Source: Trichosphaerium sp. ATCC 40318
Taxonomy: Eukaryota; Protista; Tubulinea
Length of the DNA: 64,000 nt
Direction of reading: 5' to 3'
Assembly (NCBI GenBank): GCA_038496445.1
Contig: JALMLS010000175.1
Coordinates: 248,001 to 312,000 of the forward strand
The position numbers and the translations under genes were made by a program. Below are positions 38,359-49,962 of this stretch, one piece after another; position 1 is the stretch's first letter; the number at the start of each line of letters is the position of its first letter. The notes beneath the pieces are model-generated. The model saw only the letters and a list, made by a program, of their open reading frames with translations. It had not been told where the DNA came from and did not search any database.

Positions 38359-39740
38359 TTATGGTAACAAGTGATTTAGAAAGAGTGTTCTAGATAGTGT
38401 AATGTACAGTACTGTATGAGCACAAAGTGACTTGACGCCTTCATCTGTAATGCCATAACAACCACTAAGATTAATGGTATGAATGCCAGCAAGAGCTTTA
38501 ATGCCTTCATTTGTGACTAAAGAACAATTTTTGATGTAAAACAGTATGAGCACCAAGTGCTTTAACACCTTCATCAGTTACTTTGGTGTAACTGAGGTAA
38601 ATGGTATGAACTCCAGTAAGTGCTTTTACGCCTTTATCTGTTATGTGTCTGCACCATTTAAGATTAATTATATGTACACCATGAAGTGACTTCACACCTT
38701 CATCAGTTATGCCATCACAATGACTTAAATTAATTGTATGCACACCAGAAAGTACTTTTAAGCCTTCATCTGTGATATTGCAACAAGTAAGATTAATGGT
38801 ATGGACGCCACAAAGCGATTTCACACCTTCATCAGTAATGTCATCACAATTACTTAAATTAATTGTATGCACACCAGAAAGTGCTTTTAAGCCTTCATCT
38901 GTGATATTGCAACAAGTAAGATTAATAGTATGAACTCCTGATAGTGATTTAATGCCTACATCTGATATACCTTGACAATGACTTAGATTAATGGTACGAA
39001 CTCCTGCAAGAGCTTCAACACCTTCATCTGTAATGCCATAACAACCACTTAAGTCAATAGTATGGACACCAGAAAGAGCTTTGACACCTTCATCTGTAAC
39101 ACCTAGACAACGTCTGAGATTAATAGTATGAACTCCTGATAGTGATTTAATGCCTACATCTGATATACCTTGACAATGACTTAGATTAATGGTATGAACT
39201 CCTGCAAGAGTTTTAACACTTTCATCTGTAATGCGCTTGCAACGACATAGATTAATTGAATAAACACCAGAAAGAGCTTTGACACCTTCATCTGTAACGC
39301 CATCACAACAATTTAGATCAATGGTATGAACTCCAGCAAACGATTTGACACCTTCATCTGTAATTTCAAAACAATCACTTACATCGATGTTACGAACACC
39401 AGCAAATTGTTTGAAAATACTTGTGTACAACACATCAAACGAGAGTTTGATTTTTGTATGCCGTAGACTGCTTCTGTGTTTTAACAGTGCTTTTATTTGA
39501 TCTTCACGTGTAATCGTAACACAGTAGTACCCAATAATGTCATGAATGATGGAAGCAAAGAGATTACACGTTTGGCAAGCAGCAAAACGTGATATCTTCA
39601 AACGACTTAGTAAATCAGCTAAAATCTCTGGAGGTAAGTCTAAAATGCGTATTGGTGCACTTGTAGAAAGTTAGAAGATAGATAGCAGCTGTACTTAGTG
39701 TATACCTTTTATTCGCAGTAGCTAGACGTTTTTCTGACAT
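38359..39740 (-). CDS. F-box / 22-aa LRR protein (one 5' intron; apparent +1 frameshift near 38540)
   Basis: MSEKRLATANK|SAPIRILDLPPEILADLL F-box followed by 13 in-frame LRRs to the stop at 38507; about two more LRRs continue in the shifted frame to 38359. Confidence 0.88.
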
Positions 39741-40059
39741 ACTACAATTTCTATTCTGTAAACGGTCTAATTATAAGAGCCAGAACACGTTACGTTTCCA
39801 TCACGTTCTCGGAGTAAATAGCGTAACTTAATGTATAAGGCTCACTTAGAGCATATAAACCCAGTCGTGGCTACCACGAACTCGTAGGAATGCCCAATGT
39901 TGTTGTCACTTGCCTTGTGTTTTTACGCCATCTTCTACTAAACTCATAAGGCGACACATTACAGTTGTTTTGTAAGAGTTCCAATTTCTTAACACGTGTT
40001 TTAGCAACTTGATTGGGTTGAGCGATTGCAAACTTAAAGATTTTTTATTTTTCTCGAGT

Positions 40060-42014
40060 ATGGCAACACGTTATTCGAATATTGGACAACTTGTCACTGT
40101 TTCCGCGCGTGGTAAACCGTTTAAGAGTGGAAAGGAGCAAGATGAGGCATGTTACATCAACTTACTTTTTTTTTGCCTAACTGTTTGTAGATCGACGTAA
40201 TAGAGAATGCATCGATAATAGTAGGCAAAGATGGTATTATAATAGATGTTGGTGTCGATTTTGGCGATAAATACAAGGACACCGTCTTTGCCACTGATAT
40301 TGATTTACAAGGAAAATGCGTTATACCAGGTACTGTTGAATGCGTTTAAAGTCGTAATTTACGTTTCAGAAATAACGGTTTTACAAAAACACCTCTAAAT
40401 TGTATCGAAATAGGTATGGTAGATGCTCACACGCATAGTGTATTCAGCGGCGATCGGGTACACGAATTCGCAATGAAATTGCGTGGAGCTACCTACATGG
40501 ACATTCACAAGCAAGGTGGAGGCATTGGATTCACGGTACGGCTTTCGTCAAATTCACTCACGTAGAATTCAAAAAAACCTTTAAAAGCCGCTCCAAGTGA
40601 GCTCAATCGTATCAAAAACGCGTCAATTATTGTTCGCTTACTTTAAGAGGTAGGTTAAACACACCCGTCAGAGTTCAGAAGAAGAACTTAAAAAACTGCT
40701 TCTTGAGCGTATAGATCGCATGGTAAAAGCTGGTACAACACTTCTGGAGATTAAAAGCGGTATATACAAACTATCAAGAGTGTAATTATACTAAACCGTG
40801 TAGGATATGGCTTGGAAACAGAAACTGAAATGAAAATGTTAAAGGTTCGAACATGATACCTTACACCGTTTTTCTTTTTGTACTGATACATCATGTATGC
40901 AGGTTATTGAACAAGCCAGATCAGAGTGTAAAATTGATCTTGTATCAACGTACTTGGCGCATTCTCTTCCAAAAGGAATGAATAGTGCTACAGCAACAAA
41001 ACGTGTTCTTGAAGATGAGATACCTACTTTACAGGTTCGGTATCTTATTATTTTTTTAGCTCCTTTTGTCATGTGTCTCATACTTAGTCAAGGCGTTGAT
41101 TAAGAAGGGAGAGTTGAAAACAGAAATAGTAGACGTATTTTGTGAGCAGGTAAGTGGTTGAGCTTGAAAGAAAAAGAAAAATATAAATAACAGAGTATTT
41201 CTTTTACCTTCTCAGCTACTTGTCTAATAATATATTCAGGGCGTATTTGAAACTGCAGATAGCAAGGCTATTCTCAAAGCTGGTATGGATATTGGCCTTC
41301 ACGCCAATTTTCACGGAGATGAAATCAACAACACAAAATCAGGCAAGCTATCATATTCTCATTATTTTCTTAACTATTGTTTAGCGGAAATGGCAGGAGA
41401 AATAGGCGCTCTTGCTGTGTCACACCTAGAAGAAGTATCTCCCGAGGTACGAAAGCACAGTATTGGTAATATTTCTCAAATTAACAAAACCACGTGATAG
41501 GGCATTGAAGCACTTGCAAAAAGACCAACGATTGCACTTGTTCTACCTACAACAGCATATATACTTAAATTAAAACCTCCACCTGCGAGAGCGCTTATAA
41601 CAAGAGGTTGAGAATTAAAAATTTTGATTGTTTTATCGAAATTATTAATTGTATTTTCTTGGTTTTAGGTGTTCCTGTTGCTATTGCAAGTGACTATAAT
41701 CCTAATGCTCATTGTTTTTCTATGCCACTTGTTATGAACCTTGCTTGTGTTCTTTGTGGCTTAACTATGAATGAATCTCTTGTTGCTGCAACACTTAACG
41801 CTGCTGGTACGTAGTTTGTTTCCGATTCATTTTTGTTTGAAGTTAATTTTTTTTTATAGCTTCGCTTGGTAAGAGTGATATGTATGGTAGTTTAGAAGTC
41901 GGAAAGTACTGTGACTTTCTTGTGATAGATGCTCCTAAATGGGAGCACATTATATACCAACTAGGAAGTCCACCAATAAAGCACGTTGTAAAGAAAGGAA
42001 AGATAATACAATAA
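40060..42014 (+). CDS. AMDHD1: imidazolonepropionase (HutI/AMDHD1), histidine catabolism
   Basis: PGMVDAHTHSVFSGDRVHEF, GTTLLEIKSGYGL, TYLAH, DVFCEQG, HGDEI, SHLE, IASDYNP, AATLNAA. Confidence 0.95.
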
Positions 42015-42022
42015 AACAAAAT

Positions 42023-42098
42023 CGTAAAAAGTGAACGACTAAGGTCAGAAAAAGCAAAAACGTAAAAAGTGAACGACTAAGGTCAGAAAAAGCAAAAA
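42023..42098 (+). repeat. perfect 38-bp tandem duplication (x2)
   Basis: CGTAAAAAGTGAACGACTAAGGTCAGAAAAAGCAAAAA occurs twice back to back. Confidence 0.9.
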
Positions 42099-42188
42099 GG
42101 TCCATAGCCATTCAGCTAATGTAAAGTATTATGTTTGTACGAATAATCAACGCATAAACTAGCACGAAAAGTTGGTTTTAGGCTTATA

Positions 42189-43450
42189 ATGGGCAACAAA
42201 CCCAATAAAATCTCAACATCGGCACCAAAGCAAACTAGTAGCGCTTGTACAACAAATGATGCGTTGAAAACCATAAAAAAGGTAAGCGTTGTGATGTACT
42301 GAACTAATAACCTCAGATAGCGCTAGAGGACATTACAGACGTACAAGGTGCGCGTCAGTTATCTTTAAACACGTTAATTGGATCGTTTAAGCGATTAAAA
42401 CGATAAAAGCGTCAAACAATATTGTAATTGGGCGTTTGGGCTCTGAGCGCGTTTGTATTAAATGGCACGCTTCAAGGGTGCTCTTTGAATACGAAACAAC
42501 CAAACACTCGGCAGTGCAGGCCCATAAACATGTTCTACGGCTTATTGGTACCTCAGACGCTATATACCCGTGCTCTAATAACGCGTCAAAAGGTGTCATT
42601 ATTGAGGAAACGAGATTTGGTATAGTAACTCCTTTTTATGACAAAGGCGACTTAGAACACTACATCAAGACGTTAGCACGTCTTCCTTGTACTCTTTGTA
42701 TCTATGCTAACTAACTTTAAGGCACGAAAACTTGGATATAAAGGAGGTAACTTCGCTATGCTTGGATGTAGCACGTGCAATGAAACATATTATTGCAAAG
42801 GGTGTATTACTTAGAGATTTGGCTCTTCGCAGTACGCCACAACTTGATATGAACCAGGAAGAGGTATTATCTAATACATGTAAGATATTCTACTTTGTGA
42901 AGTCACACAAGATAATAATACTCCGAGGCTTCAAGCAGTAATAGCAGGTTATAACTTTTTATCACGTGACTTGCTAAATTCTAAATTAGATTTTGGTTTC
43001 TCTATTAACATGGGAGATGATAGTAGAGTTGTAGATAAAGTCACAAGCGGGCCTTTTAGGATTATGGCACCTGAATCTCTTAGGGATGGATTATTTTCAG
43101 AAGCTTCAGAAGTATGGAGCTTTGGTGTGATGCTTTATTGTATCTTGGCCAAAAAACGTGCGAAAACAAGCTTGTTGTTCTATGAATACGCTAACACTGT
43201 TACAATAGGACCTTATGCTACAGTACAAAACCAAGATGTAGTAGAAGATATTATCAACGGTTTTACACCGCTAATATTACCAACAGAGGTAGTACTGATG
43301 TTTGTTGAGTGCGCAACGCTAAATTATTTTTGTTGCAAATAGTTTGATAGTGGTTTGGCTCAGCTAGGTCAAAAATGCTTATCTCGTATGCCAGAAGACA
43401 GACCAACATTTTCCTCGATTATTGAAAACCTAAGCAACACTATCCAGTGA
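42189..43450 (+). CDS. N-myristoylated tyrosine kinase-like protein (divergent)
   Basis: MGNK N-terminus; LRDLALRNILL, DFG, GPFRIMAPES, SEVWSFGV, RPTF. Confidence 0.85.
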
Positions 43451-43637
43451 TATTGGTCATGCAAAATGTAAAATAAACAAGTTTGTAGCCAACTGAAACA
43501 CTACTTTTCTAAAATCAGATAGCTCTTTGTAATAACGTCTGTACTTCTAAATTAGAAAGTGACTATTGAACAAGTTGTTGAGTAAGCAATTAAGTCATTG
43601 TGTCACGTGACTAGTCCAATTCTTTTAGAAAAGGCAC

Positions 43638-45349
43638 ATGTCACATATTATAGCGAATTATCACGTATGGTGGCTAGATTTAGTCATACCAGGGCTCACA
43701 GCGTTTGTATGCAACCTTAGCGCAGGCGCTACTGGATTTGGCATGGCTATTCTCTTTCACGTGCTATACCAGTTCTGGTGGCTTTTCTTTGAGCTAAAAC
43801 ACCGCGGACAAATGGTTTCCCTTGTAGCGTGGTAAATTTTTCTACCCCAGATATCTCTTATCTGATATTTACTTTTTTAAGGCTTGATGTGATGTCTACA
43901 GCGTCTTCAGTTCTCCTACTGTTTATGGTCTTTAAAGAGATTAATTGGAAGTTATTCTTGTTCATGATGCCTCCTATGTGTATATTTGGTATTATTGGCG
44001 CTTTCACGCTACTAAAAACACCTCCATATGCTTTAAAAGTGGGATTAGGTAACTTGTAATTTTTTCACATGTTTTTTTTGTTTTTCGTTCTTACTTTCTG
44101 TTCAAGGATCAATGTTTTTGGTCTTTACAGTGTACCGTATATGTATAGATCTTAATAGAACAGATTATGGGTTAAAATTCAGAAGATACATGAAGCTAGA
44201 GGTTCCCGATGATGTTTCAAAGGCATCAACTTTGCAAGTTATTTTTTCGAAGTTGTTTCCCACGAAGTCTCGTAATGATAAGCTTGAAAATGGTGTTCCA
44301 ATATCAATGGGTATTGTGTACGTTATTTATTTTCTCACGTTTTTCTTCTTTGATCACGTGATTTTTTGCGTATCGTTTCTGACTTCAATAACTGTTGATA
44401 TTCAGGTCTATTATCGTTGGTAGTATCAGTGGATTTCTAAGAGGTACGGGTGTTCAAAAGGGGACCCACTCTTCTGCTGTTTGAGTTTTTGATCACATAC
44501 TATTTTTTTAGTTTCGTTGATTTTAACAGTTGTATTTTAGGTATTGCCGGTCCTGGTGGTCCTCCTATTATGATGTTTGTTATTATATACGAACTTGATA
44601 AGTCTATTGTTCGTAGCGTTATATCTGCAACTACTTTTTTTGATTCAATTGGAATTGATATGTATCTTCTTATTTACAAAAAGAAATTTGATATTGATGA
44701 TTTACCTCAATACACAGTCCTATGTTTATGCGGCTTAGTAAGTTTTACATTCTATATACATTCACTCTACTTTTAGAAGCTTATTTATTTGCAAAAGCTG
44801 TTACGGTTTGCCTATACGCAAAGCCAAAACTGTTCTTTAATACCACGTGAATCTTACTTTTTTTTTAGTTTGGTCTTGTATGCGGTAATTGGTTGCACTA
44901 TCATATTGATACACAAGTTGTTATGAGAGCACTTCTTTTTTTGTTAATTGCCGCTTCTTTAGTAATGTTTGAACTTCCTGCTGTATTCGTTGTGTCAGCA
45001 TTTGGGATTTTCGGATTATTTGGTAAATTCCTTTTTTATTTTTTCTTTTTGAAGTGTCGACTTACATGTGCTGACGGAATTACTAGGCCTTGCGTATTTT
45101 ATAATCCGAGTTGTACAAAAATGTACGGCAAAAGGCGAAATTAAAAAAAAAAATGGACTTCTAGAAGACGACAAGGACGAGTATGGTTTTTTTTTTGAAG
45201 AGTTTATAATAACAACTAACTGTTATTCCTACTGTAGTGACGTTTTTCAAATATCAGAATTTCCTGCATTGTCAACATCTGAGGAAGATGAAGATAACTC
45301 CATTGTACCTTTAGATCTATCCAGCGATGCCGAAGAGGTCAGTCTCTGA
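43638..45349 (+). CDS. TauE/SafE (TSUP) family membrane transporter
   Basis: Multiple transmembrane segments with GATGFG and GIAGPGGPPIM motifs; acidic C-terminal tail. Confidence 0.78.
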
Positions 45350-45469
45350 AACTCTCAATAAAAGAAACATCAAGAAAAATGATTGTACAGGTGACTGTTT
45401 TCATATTGCAGTGGCTTCAATAGAGCTACCAAAGACTGAGAGGGTTTGATATCCACCAAAACTATTGTC

Positions 45470-46150
45470 CAGTTTATACAAGGTACACGCAAGCTAAGTA
45501 TTATAGAGACCTTTGGTTGTCCTGGGCTAGTAAGCACCAAATACGGAAATAGTTTGGTTGAAAAACTAGATTTGTTGATTTTAGTATTTCCTTACTTTTT
45601 CCATCCATCAAGCGACATATAGCATCATGACAGAGGATGAAAAATTTGCAATGCATACTACTAGGTTACCTGTAGAAAAAACGATTGCCATTGAAGCCAA
45701 TATACCGCTACAGTACAATGATTTCTCAGTTGTATTCTAGGTTGATCAAAGCGATTATTCACAGTTGCACTGGAGGAAAGTTGAAATAAAACTTATTGGT
45801 GGGCTATTATACCTAATAGAAGTGTCGATCAACATGTGTATTAGCCAGGAATAGTAATACATTTGAAAAGTAGCTTACATATTCACTGCTACGTGCATCT
45901 TTTGTTAGCACAATTTATATGCACGTGTCGCGAATAGATAAATTAGTATCGCTTTTGCGCTTACAGGAAATCCTAAAGTTGTGTTTGTGGATGAACCTAT
46001 CGCTGGATTAGATCCTGGAATAGACGGCTTATGGTAAGTTTTACAACAAGCAAACGTATCAATTGATATCATCAACTATTGTGCTTTACGAAAAACAGAG
46101 TGTTTATTTTAGAACGCACTCAATGACTGAACCGCTCGCATATGTACGAA
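45470..46150 (+). pseudogene. decayed ABCA-type transporter ATPase fragment
   Basis: Remnants FGCPG, SIAFALTGNPKVVFVDEPIAGLDPG and THSMTE, interrupted by stops and frameshifts; no ORF. Confidence 0.65.
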
Positions 46151-46578
46151 CTATACGTACTATGGGAAGTCGACATATTAATTACTTTCTCAAGACTTGC
46201 TTGAGACAGTCCCAATGTTTAATCGTAAGTAACAATTAGTCGCAGAATAAACTAAGAAAGGACAAGAAACCAGTTACGCAATTTAACGCAAGGCAACTTT
46301 TAAACGGTCGCTCAACTACAACTTAGCGTAAGATATACGATGACAGGCTGTTCAAGACGTCAACTCTACGCCAAACGATAGCTGATGTCAGAACGAACCA
46401 GAAAAAAGCAACGTTGGTAACTGAAACTCAACACACGGAAAGAACTTATGATTCGTCAACTATCGCACTAACAAGAAACAAGAAGACGTTCAACAGTATA
46501 ACAATAACAAGAAACAAGAACGACAGTCAACAATATAAGTTGTTATTTATTTAAACAGTTCAGTAGAATAGTATTTCG

Positions 46579-47526
46579 TTAGTTGTTAACCCTAAGTCCA
46601 TTTACTTCTTCTTGGATCCTGTTGCTTCCTGAAACGTCCATTTTAATTTGATAGAAGAATCCAGTACCGGTTTCAGAAGGCATTTTGATTGTAACAGGAA
46701 CAACACCTTGTCCGCTATTTACAGTAACAGTCTTACCAGAAGTCTTCCAGTTGTATCTGCTTCCTCCAGTTTGTCTGAAAATAAGTACTCTAATAGTAGA
46801 ACGGCTGGTTGTAGAGTAGGCTACGTTCAATGTAACGGTTTGACTTCTTCTACTAGACAGAGGCGGGTTGACAAGTTGTACTGCCTTTCCGCTTAGACGT
46901 GGACCGTTGTTGTTGTTATTGTTGTTGTTGTTGTTATTGTTGTTGTTGTTGTTGTTGTTGTTCGAGGATCCAACTTTAACAAACTTGAAGTAGTTCAAGT
47001 TGAGCTCTGCAGATTTGAACGTGATTCTGACATCGCGAACTCCTGAGTTGATTCTACCGAGGGTAGCTTCAGCGTTTGCCCAAGTTTGCCATCCTTCAGT
47101 AGCGTCAAACTCAACGGTAGTTGTTTTATCGTTAATAGTAACGTCAATATACTTTTTCTCGTCACCGTCTGCAGCAACACGAAGCATAATCTTGTAGTCA
47201 GCATCTTGTTTGAAATCCACTCTGTATTCGAGCCATTCGTTTCTTGCGACCCAACCAACGTTACAGTTGCCTCCAGTAGAGTCATCTGTTGGTTGAAAAT
47301 CTACAAGTTTGGAACCACCTCTGTTATTTGGAGCGCAATTTGAAGGTCCTGAGAAAAGCAGTTAGCTACAATCGAAGGAGAAATCGAAAAGAAAAAAAAA
47401 AAAGGATAAAAAAAGCTGATTAAAAAAAACGTACCAGAGTTACCGGTTGTAGTATCATAGAACTTCCTGAAGTGTTGGGCTTGAACAGTTCCAGGAGCAA
47501 CGTGATTGAAGTTTTGACCATTTCCG

Positions 47527-47558
<32 letters not shown>

Positions 47559-48383
47559 CATTGGAGGTGGAGGTGGTGGCGGTGGAGGGTTGTTGTTGTT
47601 GCCGCTGTTCATTGGGTTTGAGCCGTATCTGCTAGCAAGTACGAGTGGTTTGTTCTTTGCATTATACTCACGGGGATCAAGTGGTCCTGTAGTATAGGAC
47701 TTACCTGTTTCACGGCCGAGCTCATCTTTACATGGGCGAGCGAACTTGCATTCACCTACTCTTGTAGTTCTAGATTTGCAAGTCTTTTTGCCAACAGGGT
47801 AAGAATCTGTAAGTCTAGCACCGCCTTTGACGCGGACACTGGCACAACTGTAGTAATCTCCGCCATCAGAACCGCCGAACCAAGTCCATTGGAAGATGTA
47901 TTCTCCGTCAGGAATAGAGGTAGGGAATGTGAATTGTGACTTGTAAATGATATCACGTTTGTCGTCATCACATCTGTAGTAAATGTTGTCGCGAGGGCAC
48001 GTTGCACGTTGTACTGTTGGGTGGTCGCTGAAGCAATCATAGAAGATAGTGTATTGGTGGAATGCAGACGCTTGTTTGAGGTATTTCCATGGTACAATAG
48101 CAACTCTAATATAGCCGGAGTTGTGGTTGTTTTTAGCCCAATCATAGGTGTATCTTTTACCTCTCTGGTACGTCTTTGTTACCTTCATGTCGAGCCTGCT
48201 GTAATTCTCGCAAGGTCCAGGACAATTGTTTCCAGTACGTTGAGGGTTGTTTACTCTACAACCTCCTACACCGTTTGCTCCAGGTGAAATAGGCATAGGA
48301 TCGCTGTAGATATAAGAGTGCGATACTGCGTTGTGTACGCAGGCTAGCGCTACGATGAAGCATAGAATATGCCTTGCTAACAT
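46579..48383 (-). CDS. secreted His-brace LPMO-like protein + CBM6 + C-terminal beta domain (intron 47349-47434)
   Basis: Signal peptide ending AVS followed by His; NNH motif; FQWTWFGG..YYSCA; poly-N/poly-P linkers; CBM6 motifs VGWVARNEWLEY, TEGWQTW, LNLNYFKF. Confidence 0.8.
46906..46962 (-). repeat. (AAC/AAT)n microsatellite encoding a poly-Asn linker
   Basis: GTT/ATT triplet run on the + strand; a second run lies at ~47526-47558. Confidence 0.9.
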
Positions 48384-49962
48384 GTTGTTTGTGGGGTGTA
48401 TCTCGTGTGGTGGGTGTTGGGTGTTTTTTGGTTTCTATCGCCGCGTTAGGAAAGTGGCGTTCTTAATTAGGCAAGTTTATGCACAAAAGGATACGGTAGT
48501 CTAATGACCTTAATGAAGTTCCTATTAACGTCACTATACTGTGTTCGGAAGTTTGGTTTAAAAATAAAACCGCTTCTCTCTTCGCGTTGATAATGTGCGC
48601 ATAACACTCGCTTTGTAGTGCTAGCGCTGTAAGGACACCGTACGCTAGTGATTGCTGTTACGGAACTACCGTACTTACAACAAAAGAAAGTTCACTATTA
48701 ATTTAGAGGCTTTCGGTTACATTACAGTAACCCACAGTTACGAATATAAGATAGCGACATAACTAGCTCTCGTCAATTGCATATTTTCTAACTCTGGAAA
48801 ATAGTGATAGTGCACAATTAACCAATGCTATGACGTTTAAAAGCACAACAAAATGTAGAATTCTAGTTGATAGTTGGAAAATACGAAGGTAGACGCGAAA
48901 ATCGTCGTGCAGTTCAAGTTTCTTATTATAAACAACAAAAAACACTATACGCAGTAAGAACAAACACATTCATCGATATAGAGGTGTAAAAGAAACTTCA
49001 GTTTGGGTACAAAAATGCTCAGACTGTCGTCATTTTCAAACTGTTCGGGGTCTTCCTTCCCGAAACAAATCTAACTCGGCATCTTGTTTTCCGAAACCGC
49101 TGGAAGTCAAAGAAAGAGAATAGCTAGATAGAAGTAAACCAAAATGGAAACCGACCGTTTTGAGAAAGCAACAGCCAAGAGTTTCGAGTACGTGTTTGAA
49201 AATCGTCTCTGTGCATTCTTAGGTATCATCGCCATTTTGAGAGATAGGAACTTCCCATCCACAAATAAGGAGATCGTGATTCTCAAAAATAACTTCTTGG
49301 CAAGTGGTAGGCTGTGCGCCTTTCTGAGTCTTGAAAAAAGCCTAGACACTTTCGTTGGCAACATTTCCTACATTGAAAAAACTATGTACACAGGTGGGAA
49401 TGGTCCGAACAGTGTACTGTTCGTTGTTATGTATTGTTTTCGATAGCTTCAAGTCCACTGCGTGGATTTTAGTACGTATCTGTTGGAACCCTGTTTAGAT
49501 AATATCACACTACCCATGCCGCAACTATAACTCTCCAACGTTATTGGATCGATTGCACTTCTTACACCTAGACCAGGATCATGCAATTTATTGCTATCCG
49601 TCTCGTTTTCGACATAAAACTGTGACAGCAGCAACATCCATTGTTTGATTTCTACAAAACTCTACCAACGCTCCAAACAGTGGTACTCAGTATCACGCAT
49701 CTATACGCTGCAATTCATAAACAACCGCCGTTTATTGCTACATCCTTTCTTTCAAGTTAGAACCAAAACACGTGTTTTGAATTGTTGTGCTTGTTTGGGT
49801 ATTTAGCTGTCATAAGCTTAGCGTTATATTGTTTTAACAATACTCGATTGTTATGAGGACTACGACTTCTTCTTCAAGAAACTGAGAAGCCCTTGAGTAG
49901 CAACAAGAACTTGCGACAACGCGAAACAAAAATGTTCTGTTTATTTGTTAGACCTTCTACTA

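Noticed and set aside
38359-39400. Regular 66-bp repeats with variable cores resembling a CRISPR array
   Set aside because: They are in-frame LRR-coding units; there are no cas genes and the context is eukaryotic.
42023-42098. 38-bp repeat as a CRISPR repeat
   Set aside because: Only two adjacent copies with no spacer.
49107-49637. Two ORFs in one frame separated by TGA and TAG (possible readthrough or selenoprotein)
   Set aside because: No recognisable homology or SECIS-like evidence; more likely a relic or chance.
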